The translations under genes were made by a program, and so were the position numbers. Positions 1 through 11,126 of a DNA stretch of 64,000 nt are shown here, one piece after another; positions within the stretch are counted from its first letter, which is position 1, and each line of letters starts with the position of its first letter. Location of the stretch: assembly GCA_964597815.1 (NCBI GenBank), contig CAZQZN010000003.1:8519-72518 (forward strand). The letters run 5' to 3'. The notes below the pieces were generated by a model, which saw only the letters and a program-made list of their open reading frames with translations, ran no database searches and was not told the DNA's origin. This stretch comes from an uncultured bacterium (GTDB lineage Bacteria; Margulisbacteria; WOR-1; JAKLHX01).

Positions 1-393
1 TTTGTATATTTTCAAGTTTTATCAATGCTGTAACTGGTTTGTCTTGGTCGCCAGTTATTTTTATATATCCTTCATATTGTCTTATAAGTGCGTGTTCTGC
101 ATAAAGGTCTTTTAAAACCGGTTCGGATTTTTCATCATATATTTTGCACTTTTTGAGATTATATACTTCAATATCAGATTGGTCTTTGTCTGATTTTATT
201 GCGTCGGCATTTATTTCAAAAAATTTTTTTCCGTTTTTTCTTCCAATAATTGATATTATTTTTGCCTCAACGGTTTTTGTTGGCTGTGTTGCTTTTAGTA
301 GTTGTACGTCTGGAGAAAAAATATACAGATAAGTAAGGGTTGTTATTACGAGTAATGCAATTAGTGCGATTATTATCTTTTGTTTTACCGACA
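1..393 (-). CDS. Partial CDS, N-terminal 131 aa, running off the window start: single N-terminal TM helix then a soluble domain. Possibly LptC-like (LPS export periplasmic component) or OstA-family.
   Basis: Minus-strand ATG at 393 with no stop before position 1. Translation begins MSVKQKIIIALIALLVITTLTYLYIF... (TM anchor) followed by a K/E-rich beta-rich region. Absent from the ORF track because it has no stop codon inside the window. Confidence 0.35.
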
Positions 394-429
394 TTTTCAG
401 AAGGATTATAACACTTTAAATGGATATGT

Positions 430-459
430 TTGACACTTTTTTAAAAACGATGATATAAT
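430..459 (+). promoter_or_regulatory. Sigma70-type promoter for gap-pgk-ndk (TTGACA, 18 nt spacer, TATAAT)
   Basis: ttgaca at 430-435 and tataat at 454-459, about 100 nt upstream of the gap start codon. Confidence 0.5.
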
Positions 460-461
460 AA

Positions 462-1619
<1,158 letters not shown>

Positions 1620-1633
1620 AAGTTTAGAAGAAA

Positions 1634-1660
1634 AGCCCTCGTAATAACGGGGGCTTTTTT
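1634..1660 (+). terminator. Rho-independent terminator-like hairpin after gap (agccctcg...cgggggct plus T6)
   Basis: GC stem with one mismatch followed by tttttt. Probably a partial terminator or attenuator, since pgk follows 30 nt later. Confidence 0.4.
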
Positions 1661-1689
1661 GTCTTTAATAAAAGGAGGCGAAATAACTT

Positions 1690-2886
1690 ATGAAAAAATG
1701 CATCTCCGATTTAAAAAAAGAAGAATTACAGGGGAAAAAGGTTCTGGTCAGAGTAGATTTTAATGTTCCAAGAGACAAAAAAACCGGTGAGATCACTGAT
1801 GATAGAAGAATAAAAGAGGCTATTCCGACAATAAAATATTTAATTGAAAACGGAGCAAAGGTTATTTTGGTTTCTCATCTTGGCAGACCGAATGGTGTTA
1901 CAGAAGATCTTCGGCTGAACAAAGTTGGGGAGCGTCTTAGCCAGCTTCTTGGCAGGCCTGTCCAAAAACTTGATGATTGTCTTGGCGAGGAGGTTGAGAA
2001 AGCAATTTCCCAGATGAGAGATGGAGATGTAACGCTTTTGGAAAATGTAAGGTTTTATAAAGAGGAAGAAGAAAACGACGAATCGTTTTCTAAAAAACTT
2101 GCTTCCCTTGCCGATCTTTATGTAAATGATGCTTTTGGCACAGCGCATAGAGCCCATGCTTCCACTGAAGGCGTTGCAAGAATTATTCCCGGCGTTTGTG
2201 GTTTTCTCATAAAGAAAGAGCTTGAAATTATGGGTAAAGCGCTTACCGATCCAAAAAGGCCGTTTGTTGCAATAATTGGCGGCGCAAAAGTTTCAACAAA
2301 AATATCTGTAATAAAAAATTTAGCGCAAAAGGTTGATGTTTTAGTCATAGGTGGTGGTATGATTTATACTTTTCAAAAAGCTCTTGGTTTTGAAGTTGGC
2401 AAATCATTGGTAGAAGAAAAATTTATTGATGAAGCAAAACTGATTTGGGCTGAATTAAAAGCAATGGATAAATTAAAACTTATAACTCCAGTTGATGATG
2501 TTGTAACAACAGACATTTCTGCTCCTGATGCTCCTGTAAAAATTGTAAAATCTGGACAAATACCAGCAGATATGATGGGAGTAGATATAGGTCCAGAAAC
2601 AATAAAGTTGATAAAAGATGTTGTAAAAAACGCAGGCACGGTTGTGTGGAATGGCCCACTAGGAATTTTTGAAAATCCAAAATTTGCTGTTGGGACAATT
2701 GAAATTGCCAAATCGCTTGCCGAGTCCAAAGCTATAACAATAGTTGGCGGAGGCGATTCTGCAGCTGCAGTAGAAAAAGCTAAAGTTGCTGACAAAATTA
2801 CACATGTTTCAACTGGTGGTGGTGCTTCACTTGAATTTTTGGAAGGTAAAGAATTGCCCGGAATAGCGGTTTTGCAAGACAAATAG
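1690..2886 (+). CDS. pgk: Phosphoglycerate kinase
   Basis: Strong RBS aaaggagg. Motifs RVDFNVP, LENVRFY, GGGASLE, and a 398 aa length typical of PGK. Confidence 0.95.
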   Translation: MKKCISDLKKEELQGKKVLVRVDFNVPRDKKTGEITDDRRIKEAIPTIKYLIENGAKVILVSHLGRPNGVTEDLRLNKVGERLSQLLGRPVQKLDDCLGEEVEKAISQMRDGDVTLLENVRFYKEEEENDESFSKKLASLADLYVNDAFGTAHRAHASTEGVARIIPGVCGFLIKKELEIMGKALTDPKRPFVAIIGGAKVSTKISVIKNLAQKVDVLVIGGGMIYTFQKALGFEVGKSLVEEKFIDEAKLIWAELKAMDKLKLITPVDDVVTTDISAPDAPVKIVKSGQIPADMMGVDIGPETIKLIKDVVKNAGTVVWNGPLGIFENPKFAVGTIEIAKSLAESKAITIVGGGDSAAAVEKAKVADKITHVSTGGGASLEFLEGKELPGIAVLQDK

Positions 2887-2915
2887 GTGCTAATTTCGGA
2901 AAGGGAGTTTTCAAA

Positions 2916-3425
2916 ATGCCAACAAGTAAGACTTTAGTTATAATCAAACCAGATGGAATAAAAAAATCTCTTACTGGTAATATTTTGACACGATTATCTG
3001 AAACAAAGCTTAGGATAATTGGAGCTAAAGTTGTTCATGTAACAAGAAGTCTTGCTGAGAAACATTATGCGCACTTGAAGGACAAACCATTTTTTGAAGA
3101 TGTTGTCAAATATATTTGTGGAGAGGTTTATGATGAGCCGTATAGAAGAGTGTTAGCGCTTGTATACAGTGGAGAAAACGCTGTTGAAAAAGTGAGAAAA
3201 CTTGCTGGTGCAACAAATCCTGAGGAAGCAGATGCTGGAACTATAAGAGGGCAGTATGGAAGAATTACTTCTAAAGGAATTTTTGAGAATGTTCTTCACT
3301 GTTCGGCAAATCCTGAAGAAGCTGAAAAAGAAATAAAACTTTGGTTTGAACCTGATGAGATTGTTGAAGAAATTTATCCAACTGAAGAAAAAGAAGTAAA
3401 AATAAAAAAGAAATTTTGGAAATAA
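2916..3425 (+). CDS. ndk: Nucleoside diphosphate kinase with an unusual ~30 aa acidic/lysine-rich C-terminal extension
   Basis: LVIIKPDG..., NVLHCSANPEEAEKEI (active-site His region). 169 aa versus the ~140 aa typical. Confidence 0.9.
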   Translation: MPTSKTLVIIKPDGIKKSLTGNILTRLSETKLRIIGAKVVHVTRSLAEKHYAHLKDKPFFEDVVKYICGEVYDEPYRRVLALVYSGENAVEKVRKLAGATNPEEADAGTIRGQYGRITSKGIFENVLHCSANPEEAEKEIKLWFEPDEIVEEIYPTEEKEVKIKKKFWK

Positions 3426-3480
3426 AAATTTTTAGCACTGCTATATTTTTAGTCATTTCGATTTTTCTTTAAGTGCAATT

Positions 3481-3556
3481 GGGGATGTAGCTCAGATGGT
3501 AGAGCATCGCGTTCGCAACGCGGGGGTCAGGGGTTCAAGTCCCCTCATCTCCACCA
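3481..3556 (+). tRNA. tRNA-Ala (anticodon CGC) with encoded CCA
   Basis: Cloverleaf folded by hand: acceptor GGGGATG/CATCTCC with the G3:U70 alanine identity pair, D-arm GCTCAGATGGTAGAGC, anticodon stem TCGCG/CGCGG with loop TTCGCAA, T-arm GGTTCAAGTCC, 3' ACCA. Confidence 0.85.
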
Positions 3557-3816
3557 GAGCGATTTTGTTTATTCTGATAACGAATTTAAACCTGCTTATT
3601 TAAAGATTTTTGAATACACACTAGATTTTTATCAGTAATTAAGTTTTGAAGGTCGTTTTTAATCTTCTCCGGAAAATTCTAATTCTATCTTTTTTGCTTT
3701 TTTAGGCAAGATAATTTTTTAGATTTAAAGACACATTATTTTCATTTTTTAATTGCAGGAATTTGTAGAAAATTGATTTTCAAAACCTTTAAATTTAAAA
3801 AAACTAATTTTATGTT

Positions 3817-3845
3817 TTGATTTTTTTACCGCAGAGTAATATAAT
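3817..3845 (+). promoter_or_regulatory. Consensus sigma70 promoter (TTGATT, 17 nt spacer, TATAAT) for the pyrophosphatase gene
   Basis: ttgatt at 3817-3822 and tataat at 3840-3845, about 30 nt upstream of the RBS aaggag and GTG 3878. Sits at the end of a 320 nt AT-rich leader after tRNA-Ala. Confidence 0.5.
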
Positions 3846-3877
3846 GTAATTGGATAAAAAAAGAAAGGAGTTTTCAA

Positions 3878-5878
3878 GTGGGTTATATTGGGCTTGTAGT
3901 TCTATTCGGTCTGATCGGTCTTTTGTTTTCGCTTTATTTATACATATTTGTTTTGAGACAGTCTTCTGGAAATGAAAAGATGAGGGCAATTTCTTCTTAT
4001 ATTCAAGAAGGTGCTATGGCATATCTTTTCCGGCAATACAGTGTGCTTGCTATATTCCTTGCTATTGTTTTTGTGGTTCTAACAGTTTTAATAAACATTA
4101 ATGTGGCATTAGCATATCTTTTAGGTGGCGTTTGCTCGATAATTGCAGGGTTTATAGGAATGAACGCTGCTACTAGAGCAAATGTAAGGACAACAACTGC
4201 AGCATTAGATAGTGGACAATCAAAAGCATTAAGTGTTTCTTTCTCTGGCGGAGCAATTATGGGAATGGCGGTTGCATCAATAGGTGTTTTGGGGCTTGGA
4301 ATTTTGTTTTTATTTGTAAAAGGAGCTGCGCTTAAAGCGGCTATGGTTAGCGGTTTTTCTATGGGTGCTTCATCAATTGCTTTGTTTGCTAGGGTTGGTG
4401 GCGGAATTTATACTAAATCTGCTGATGTTGGCGCTGATCTTGTTGGAAAGGTTGAAGCTGGAATTCCTGAAGATGATCCAAGAAATCCGGCTGTTATTGC
4501 AGATAATGTTGGTGACAATGTTGGTGATATTGCTGGAATGGGAGCTGATATTTTTGAGTCTTATGTTGGTTCTGTTGTTGCAACAGTTGCAATTGGAGCT
4601 TTGATGGCGACAAACACTTTTTCTTGGATGATTCTACCGTTGCTCTTGATTGCTACTGGCACAATCACTTCAATAATAGGAATTTTATCAATTAGATTAA
4701 TTCAGGATAAGAATCCTCAACTTGCGTTAAGATATTCAACTTATATTGCTCAAATATTTTTTATTATCGCTTCATTTTATATTACAAAAGTAGTTTTAGG
4801 CAATATAAATATGTTCTGGGCAATTTTGTCTGGAATTATTGCTGGGATGGCGATAGGTTTTATTTCAGAAATTTATACTTCTGGTAAAATTTTAAATCAA
4901 ATAGTTGAAGCTTGTAAAACCGGTCCTGCTACAAATATAATAACAGGTCTTGCTATTGGAATGAAAAGCACAATTTATCCTATGTTGGCGATTTGTGCGG
5001 CAATTTTTGTTTCTTATTATTTCGGCGGGTTATATGGAATAGCGATTTCTGCTGTGGGTATGCTTGGCACAACAGGGATAATAATGTCAGTTGATGCTTA
5101 TGGGCCAATAGCTGATAATGCCGGCGGAATTGCTACAATGTCTGGTTTAAACGAAAATGTAAGGAAAATTACCGATACTTTGGATTCTCTTGGCAATACG
5201 ACTGCTGCTATTGGGAAAGGTTTTGCGATTGGTTCTGCCGCTATAACAGCGCTTGCTTTGTTTTCAGCATATAGCCAAGTGGTTGGATTAAAAATGATAA
5301 ATATTATGCATCCAAATGTTATTATTGGACTCTTTATCGGTGGTTTAGTGCCATTTGCTTTTGTTTCTATGACAATGCAGGCAGTAGGAAGAGCTGCTTT
5401 CAAGATGGTTGAAGAAGTAAGAAGACAATTTAGAGAAATAAAAGGTTTGCTTGAAGGCAAAGCAAAACCTGATATAGCAAAATGTGTTGATATTAGCACT
5501 CAAGCAGCTTTGGGTGAAATGATCTTTCCGGGGATTTCCGCGATTTTAGTGCCTGTTTTAGTTGGAATCTTTTTAGGAGCAGAAGCACTTGGAGGACTTT
5601 TAGGTGGTTCTCTTTGCGTTGGAGTCCCGCTTGCAATTGTTTTGGCAAATTCAGGAGCAGTTTGGGATAATGGTAAAAAAACTATTGAAGAAGGTGCTGC
5701 TGGAGGCAAGGGAACGCCTGTTCATGCAGCAGCTGTTGTGGGAGATACAGTTGGAGATCCATTCAAAGACACAAGCGGTCCATCACTAAATATACTAATA
5801 AAACTAATGTCAATTGTTGCTCTTGTTCTTGGACCTGTGTTGGTTCAGATACATAACACTTTATTTCTTATAAAATAG
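3878..5878 (+). CDS. hppA: Membrane-bound H+/Na+-translocating pyrophosphatase (V-PPase)
   Basis: [50 protein letters not shown]-like and [19 protein letters not shown] motifs. Polytopic membrane protein of 666 aa with a GTG start and RBS aaggag. Confidence 0.95.
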   Translation: MGYIGLVVLFGLIGLLFSLYLYIFVLRQSSGNEKMRAISSYIQEGAMAYLFRQYSVLAIFLAIVFVVLTVLININVALAYLLGGVCSIIAGFIGMNAATRANVRTTTAALDSGQSKALSVSFSGGAIMGMAVASIGVLGLGILFLFVKGAALKAAMVSGFSMGASSIALFARVGGGIYTKSADVGADLVGKVEAGIPEDDPRNPAVIADNVGDNVGDIAGMGADIFESYVGSVVATVAIGALMATNTFSWMILPLLLIATGTITSIIGILSIRLIQDKNPQLALRYSTYIAQIFFIIASFYITKVVLGNINMFWAILSGIIAGMAIGFISEIYTSGKILNQIVEACKTGPATNIITGLAIGMKSTIYPMLAICAAIFVSYYFGGLYGIAISAVGMLGTTGIIMSVDAYGPIADNAGGIATMSGLNENVRKITDTLDSLGNTTAAIGKGFAIGSAAITALALFSAYSQVVGLKMINIMHPNVIIGLFIGGLVPFAFVSMTMQAVGRAAFKMVEEVRRQFREIKGLLEGKAKPDIAKCVDISTQAALGEMIFPGISAILVPVLVGIFLGAEALGGLLGGSLCVGVPLAIVLANSGAVWDNGKKTIEEGAAGGKGTPVHAAAVVGDTVGDPFKDTSGPSLNILIKLMSIVALVLGPVLVQIHNTLFLIK

Positions 5879-5892
5879 TTCATTTGTAGTAC

Positions 5893-5929
5893 AAAAAAAT
5901 GGCGGCTGAGTGTTCCAGCCGCTTTTTTT
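5893..5929. terminator. Bidirectional rho-independent terminator between convergent hppA and mntP
   Basis: Hairpin ggcggctg-agtgttc-cagccgc at 5901-5922, flanked by A7 on the left and T7 on the right. Confidence 0.7.
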
Positions 5930-6499
5930 ATAAAATATGTTCGATTAAAATTTTTAACCCAATAATTATCAAAATTATTCCAGCAACTCTTTCGATTTGA
6001 TTTTTAAACATGCATCCAATTTTTTCTCCAATAAAAAAACCTAACAATGACATAAAAAAAGTTGTTATCCCAATTATTAAAATCGAATAAAAAATTTCAA
6101 TTTTCAATATTCCAAAACTTAGACCAACAGCAAGAGCATCGATACTTGTTGCTATTGATAATCCCATCAGAGTGTTAAAAGAAACAGTGCAAATTTTTTT
6201 CTGTTCTTCCAACATAAACGATTCAATTATCATTTTTATTCCAATTACTAATAAAAGTCCGAATGCAATCCAATGATCGATGCGGCTGAAAAATCCGACA
6301 AGTTTAATTCCAGCAAGCCACCCAATAATCGGCATTGCCATTTGGGAAAAACCAAAACTTGTGCAAAACTTGATAGCATTTAGAAATTTATCTTTAGTGA
6401 TAATTGCTCCATAAGCAATAGAAACCGCTGTTGCGTCAAGTGATAGCCCAAGAGCAATCAGAAAAATAGTTAATATGTCCACAGTCAAATGATAACACA
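5928..6499 (-). CDS. mntP: Manganese efflux pump MntP family
   Basis: Duplicated LSLDATAVSIAYG / DALAVGLSFG half-repeats and six TM segments. Start placed at the internal Met (MCYHL...), because the full track ORF (to 6569) would overlap the divergent cstA start. Confidence 0.7.
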
Positions 6500-6525
6500 T
6501 TGATTGTGTTGTATAATATTTGCGT

Positions 6526-8118
6526 ATGTTTATTGTTTTGTTATTGTTAATTTCCATACTTTTGTTCATAATTGCTTATTTTTTCTATGCGCCATGGATT
6601 GGACAAAAATTTGAAGTTAAGCATTGTACAGAAACTCCAGCAAAAACAAAATGCGATGGCGTTGACTTTGTGCCGACAAACAGATTTGTTCTGCTTGGCC
6701 ATCATTTTGCTTCTATTGCTGGGGTAGGGCCGATAATTGGCCCCATACTTGGAAGCCAATTTGGAATTTTGCCGGTTTTTCTGTGGGTTGTTTTGGGCGG
6801 GATATTTTTTGGTGCTGTTCAGGATTTTACAGCTCTTTTACTTTCAATAAGAAATGAAGGCAAAACAATAGGTGGATTGCTTGAAGGCCTGATTGGTAAA
6901 CTTGGAAAAAATGTTTTTTTGATTTTCACATGGCTGACACTTTTGCTTGTTATTGGCGTTTTTTGCATTGTCATAGCAAACACTTTTATTTCAAGTCCTC
7001 AATCAGGTACATCTTCAATGCTTTTTATTTTGCTTGCTGTTTTATTTGGATATCTTCTTTATGTAAAAAAAATTCCTCTCTTGCCTCTAACTTTCATTTT
7101 TCTGCTTGGGATATTTTTTGCAATATTTTTAGGAACAAAATTTCCTTTAAATCTTCCTTATAACGTTTGGATAATTATATTGTTATTTTATATTTTGTTA
7201 GCATCAACTCTTCCAGTCAACTTACTATTGCAGCCACGTGATTACTTAAATTCTTTTCTTTTGTATTTTTTGCTTGTAATTGGTATTATCGGCCTTTTAT
7301 TTTACAGGCCTGAAATAAAGATGGATCTTTATACATCTTTTTATATGCCAAATATTGGATACCTTTTTCCAATTATTTTTGTTACTGTTGCATGTGGAGC
7401 TATAAGTGGATTTCATTCAATCGTTTCTTCAGGATCTTCTTCAAAGCAGTTAGAAAATGAACTTGATGCTCAATTTGTTGGTTATGGTGGAATGCTGATT
7501 GAATCTCTCTTGGCTCTTGTTGCTCTAGCAACTGCGGCTATATTAACTCCATTACAATTCTTTTCAAATATATCAAATCCATCGCAGATATTTATATCGG
7601 GTTTTTCAACATTTTCCCAAGCACTTCATTTTTCTCCTGAAATCAGTAAAACGTTTGCCGCTTTGGCTTTATCATCATTTGCCCTAACAACATTAGACAC
7701 GGCAACTAGGCTTGGGAGATATACATTGGAAGAGCTTGCTAATGATGCAAACTCTACTCTAAAAAAAATATTTTCAAATAGATATTTTTCAACAATTTTG
7801 ACAGTGATGTTAGCCAGTTTTTTTGTTTTCAACAAAAATGGAACAATGTCTATTTGGACTATGTTTGGCGCGTCAAATCAGATGATTGCGGCGCTGGCTT
7901 TAATAGCTGTTACAATTTTCTTGGCAAAAAAATCAGTATCAAACTGGTTTGTAAAAATCCCAGCATTTTTTATGTTTGTTGTTACTTTTATTGCAATTGC
8001 CTTGCAACTGTATGAAAATATTTCAAAATCCAATTATTTATTGGCGGGGATTGCGTTTTTGCTTTTAGTTACATCTGTTTATATGCCATATACTTATTTC
8101 TTTAAGCGAGCAAAATAA
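6526..8118 (+). CDS. cstA: Carbon starvation protein A family transporter
   Basis: HHFASIAGVGPIIGPILGSQFG signature and polytopic membrane topology. Start codon uncertain (TTG 6520 or ATG 6526). Confidence 0.8.
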   Translation: MFIVLLLLISILLFIIAYFFYAPWIGQKFEVKHCTETPAKTKCDGVDFVPTNRFVLLGHHFASIAGVGPIIGPILGSQFGILPVFLWVVLGGIFFGAVQDFTALLLSIRNEGKTIGGLLEGLIGKLGKNVFLIFTWLTLLLVIGVFCIVIANTFISSPQSGTSSMLFILLAVLFGYLLYVKKIPLLPLTFIFLLGIFFAIFLGTKFPLNLPYNVWIIILLFYILLASTLPVNLLLQPRDYLNSFLLYFLLVIGIIGLLFYRPEIKMDLYTSFYMPNIGYLFPIIFVTVACGAISGFHSIVSSGSSSKQLENELDAQFVGYGGMLIESLLALVALATAAILTPLQFFSNISNPSQIFISGFSTFSQALHFSPEISKTFAALALSSFALTTLDTATRLGRYTLEELANDANSTLKKIFSNRYFSTILTVMLASFFVFNKNGTMSIWTMFGASNQMIAALALIAVTIFLAKKSVSNWFVKIPAFFMFVVTFIAIALQLYENISKSNYLLAGIAFLLLVTSVYMPYTYFFKRAK

Positions 8119-8172
8119 ATTCAAAATCTTTACTCTTTTTAATGGATTTAATACATTAGATTGGATTGCAAT

Positions 8173-9144
8173 TTAATCTGCTATGCTTTCAAAATTAATT
8201 ATTTCAAATGCATTGGCTTTTTGTTGTCCCAAATGGACAAATTTTAAATTGTTTGTATTTCTTACATTGTCCCATTTTTTGAAAAAATCTCTTTGAGATT
8301 TATATTTTGATAAAAGCTTTTCAAGTGTTTCTTCTGCTCTTTTTATTGCATAATTTGCTTTGTTAAGCTCAAATGGCCCAATATCAAACAATCCCGGATT
8401 GACAATCCTTAAAGATATTTTTTTCTTGACAAAGATTTCATCATTGACATATCTGTTTATTTGAGAAAACGATGTTGTAAGCTCAAGGCATTGCATAAAA
8501 ACTTCTATAAAAATTTTTTTGTTAAAATCTCCTTTTGGCTGACCAAAATAACCCAAATCACAGGCAATAATTTTTTTTACAAATGGTATTTTTGCCGCAA
8601 CAGTAACAGGGCAGTTTTCTCTTATCCCTCCATCGGAAAGAGCCAATGTGTTTTTCTCAAAAACAAATTTTTTTGGTCTGAATAAAACTGGAAATGAAAT
8701 TGATGCTTCAATAGCTTCAGATAAGAGTATGTTTTTTATTTGTGCTGGATATTCCGGGCCAAATATTAAAAGTTTACCGCTGTTTAAATCTGTAGAAGTT
8801 ATGAATACAGATTTTTTTAGATCACTGAATTTCTTGTTTTTCAGGCCAAATTCTTTAACTATGAGGTTAACAATTTGCTTTGATGTAAAAATACCAGCTT
8901 TTTGAGTGATGTCAAAGGATAAATACTGCGGCCATAAGTATTTTTTTATAAAAGCAAGGATTTTTTCTTCAGCTATATTGGGATTGTCAAAAGATGCAAG
9001 AGCAACCGCAATTATGGCTCCAATAGATGTCCCGACAAAAATATCAGGGAAAAATCTTTTTTCATATAATTTTTTTGCAAATCCAATATGAGCCGCCCCT
9101 TTAACAAATCCTCCTGATAGAACAAGTGCTAATTTCCCTCTCAT
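8173..9144 (-). CDS. Patatin-like phospholipase
   Basis: Oxyanion hole ALVLSGGFVKGAAHIG, nucleophile elbow GTSIGA (GxSxG), catalytic Asp in LSDGG. Confidence 0.85.
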   Translation of the reverse strand: MRGKLALVLSGGFVKGAAHIGFAKKLYEKRFFPDIFVGTSIGAIIAVALASFDNPNIAEEKILAFIKKYLWPQYLSFDITQKAGIFTSKQIVNLIVKEFGLKNKKFSDLKKSVFITSTDLNSGKLLIFGPEYPAQIKNILLSEAIEASISFPVLFRPKKFVFEKNTLALSDGGIRENCPVTVAAKIPFVKKIIACDLGYFGQPKGDFNKKIFIEVFMQCLELTTSFSQINRYVNDEIFVKKKISLRIVNPGLFDIGPFELNKANYAIKRAEETLEKLLSKYKSQRDFFKKWDNVRNTNNLKFVHLGQQKANAFEIINFESIAD

Positions 9145-9233
9145 AATTAGATTATATTACCAAAATATTTGATCTTTTCAATGATGAAGGAGATGGAAAA
9201 TCTTGGGTTAATTTAAACAAAGGATCCAATAAA

Positions 9234-9259
9234 CAAAAAAAGCCGAGTCCTCCTCGGCT
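9234..9259 (-). terminator. Rho-independent terminator downstream of tRNA-Asn on the minus strand
   Basis: Hairpin agccgag-tcctc-ctcggct (9241-9259) followed on the minus strand by a U-tract (the plus-strand A-run 9234-9240). Confidence 0.6.
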
Positions 9260-9272
9260 TAATTTGTTTTGT

Positions 9273-9348
9273 TGGCTCCCCCGGCTGGACTCGAACCAGC
9301 AACACCCTGGTTAACAGCCAGGTGCTCTACCGATTGAGCTACAGGGGA
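9273..9348 (-). tRNA. tRNA-Asn (anticodon GTT) with encoded CCA
   Basis: Reverse complement folds as acceptor TCCCCTG/CGGGGGA, D-arm GCTCAATCGGTAGAGC, anticodon stem CCTGG/CCAGG with loop CTGTTAA, T-arm GGTTCGAGTCC, 3' GCCA. Confidence 0.85.
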
Positions 9349-9464
9349 ATACAAAATTATTTTAACAGTTAAAAAAAATTTTGTCCACATTGCTGAATCA
9401 AATTACTAAAAGATATATTTTGCGTTATATTAAAAATGGTTTTTATATGCTAAAATTTCAACAA

Positions 9465-10160
9465 ATGGAATTAAAAGATAAAAAAGTATTAATAACAGGC
9501 GCAAGCACGGGAATAGGGCATAGCATTGCATTAGAGTTTTTGAAAAAAGGCGCAAATTTAACAGTTTTTGGAAAAAACAAACCAGATTTTTTTTGCAATT
9601 TTATTAAAGTTGATATTTCAAAAGAAGACGAAATAAAGTCAGCATTAAAATTTGTAGAAAAAATAGATGTATTAGTAAATAACGCCGGCGTCTACAAAGA
9701 AGCGCCAATTACAGAAACCTCAACAGATGTATTGAATGAATTAATTGATGTAAATTTTAAAGGACTTTTTTGGATGACAAAGCATTCTATACCCAAAATT
9801 GCAAATGGTGGTTGTATCATAAATATCGGATCAATTGCTGGAATAAAAAATTTTCAAAACCTATCGATTTATTCAGCTACAAAAGCAGCTGTAAAAAGTT
9901 TAACCGAAACACTTGCTCTTGAGCTATCAAGTAGAAAAATAAGAGTAAACTGTATTGCTCCGGGGATTGTGGATACGCCGCTTTGGGAAAAATCTTTTGG
10001 CTATGAATCTAAAAAAATTATTTCAGAAATGATAGATTTTGTTCCTCTAAAGTTAATTGGGAAACCAAAAGAAATTGCAGATGCAGTCATTTTTGTCTGT
10101 GAAAATAATTTTATTACTGGTTCAACTATAATCATTGATGGTGGGGAAGCAATTAGATAA
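9465..10160 (+). CDS. Short-chain dehydrogenase/reductase (classical SDR)
   Basis: VLITGASTGIGHSIA (TGxxxGxG), NNAG, catalytic YSATKAA (YxxxK), PGIVDTP. Start chosen at MELKDKK...; the track ORF from 9381 probably reads through the promoter region. Confidence 0.8.
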   Translation: MELKDKKVLITGASTGIGHSIALEFLKKGANLTVFGKNKPDFFCNFIKVDISKEDEIKSALKFVEKIDVLVNNAGVYKEAPITETSTDVLNELIDVNFKGLFWMTKHSIPKIANGGCIINIGSIAGIKNFQNLSIYSATKAAVKSLTETLALELSSRKIRVNCIAPGIVDTPLWEKSFGYESKKIISEMIDFVPLKLIGKPKEIADAVIFVCENNFITGSTIIIDGGEAIR

Positions 10161-10188
10161 TTTACAAATTTGTGCATAAAAAAAGTGC

Positions 10189-10217
10189 TTGAAATTTGCA
10201 AGATTTTGTTGTAATAT
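10189..10217 (+). promoter_or_regulatory. Sigma70-like promoter (TTGAAA, 17 nt spacer, TAATAT) with no ORF downstream
   Basis: ttgaaa at 10189-10194 and taatat at 10212-10217. The next element downstream is only a terminator hairpin at 10308-10338. Confidence 0.35.
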
Positions 10218-10223
10218 ATCGAT

Positions 10224-10338
10224 TAAAGTTTAAAGCGGTGATTTATAGGTGAATTGCTCCGCTATATAAATGTGCTAAAGAGCCGGGGCAGGGTAAAACC
10301 TGAGCCAAGCCAACCTCAAGGGTTGGCTTAATTTTTTT
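10224..10338 (+). ncRNA. Candidate small RNA of ~110 nt, bounded by a promoter and a rho-independent terminator
   Basis: No ORF on the plus strand. Internal hairpin agcgg...ccgct. Terminator stem agccaacc-tcaag-ggttggct followed by T7. Confidence 0.25.
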
Positions 10339-11119
10339 ATACGCTATCGCTTTTGTCAAATAAGTAAGAAGCTAGAAGCACCATAAAAATTGCAAAAAGA
10401 ATACAAATGGCAAGATTGTTTATCGTTGGAAACATAGAGCTTCCGATCAAAACAGACCTAATTCCATCGATTGCATAAGTTAATGGATCAATGTAGGATA
10501 AAAATCTTATAAAAATTGGCAGATTATCAATAGGAGTTATGGCACCAGATAAAAAGAATAATGGAAATATTACAAAATTCATTATCAGCTGAAATCCTTC
10601 AGCATCTCTCATATTTGAAGCAAAGGCCAATCCAAGAGATATAAAGATTAATGCGATCAAAACCATAAACACGAGCATTGCGCAAATTCGTAAAATAAAT
10701 AAATGAATAGGAAATATGAGCGGAGAAAATCCAAACACAAAGGAAATAATGAATAACATAATGCCTTGTATTAGTCCGGTTGTTGCTCCTCCGGCTATTC
10801 TGCCGAGAGCGATTGATACTCTGCTTACTGGTGCAACCATTATTTCTTTAAGAAAACCAAATTCTCTATCCCATAATACAGACAGCCCTCCAAACATTGA
10901 ACTAAATAGCATATTCATTCCAATTATTCCCGGCACTAAAAAGTTTATGTAAGTAATATTTTTGCTGATACCAGGGACAGATGCTCTGCTAAAACCCATT
11001 CCCAAAAATGCAAGAAACATAAGCGGCATTGCGATAGATCCAATTATTCGCTCTTTTGATCTTGAAAACTTTATCATTTCCCTCAACCACAAAATATAAA
11101 TTGCTCTAATCTCAATCAT
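10337..11119 (-). CDS. ABC-2 type transporter permease
   Basis: Six TM segments, ABC-2 family architecture, and a 4 nt gap to the upstream ATPase. Confidence 0.8.
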   Translation of the reverse strand: MIEIRAIYILWLREMIKFSRSKERIIGSIAMPLMFLAFLGMGFSRASVPGISKNITYINFLVPGIIGMNMLFSSMFGGLSVLWDREFGFLKEIMVAPVSRVSIALGRIAGGATTGLIQGIMLFIISFVFGFSPLIFPIHLFILRICAMLVFMVLIALIFISLGLAFASNMRDAEGFQLIMNFVIFPLFFLSGAITPIDNLPIFIRFLSYIDPLTYAIDGIRSVLIGSSMFPTINNLAICILFAIFMVLLASYLFDKSDSV

Positions 11120-11126
11120 ATTTCTA

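Noticed and set aside
2373-2882. A 169 aa antisense ORF inside pgk, and many similar antisense or overlapping ORFs in the track (416-682, 1840-2157, 5098-5499, 8461-9091, 27495-27951, 55565-56059 and others)
   Set aside because: They lie wholly within well-supported genes on the opposite strand or in alternative frames, have low-complexity composition and no RBS. They are artefacts of the AT-rich sequence.
10296-10338. Hairpin at 10308-10328 as the terminator of the minus-strand ABC operon
   Set aside because: The U-tract is on the plus side only (T7 after the stem). On the minus strand the stem is followed by non-U sequence, so it is a plus-strand terminator, though it may still stabilise the ABC mRNA 3' end.
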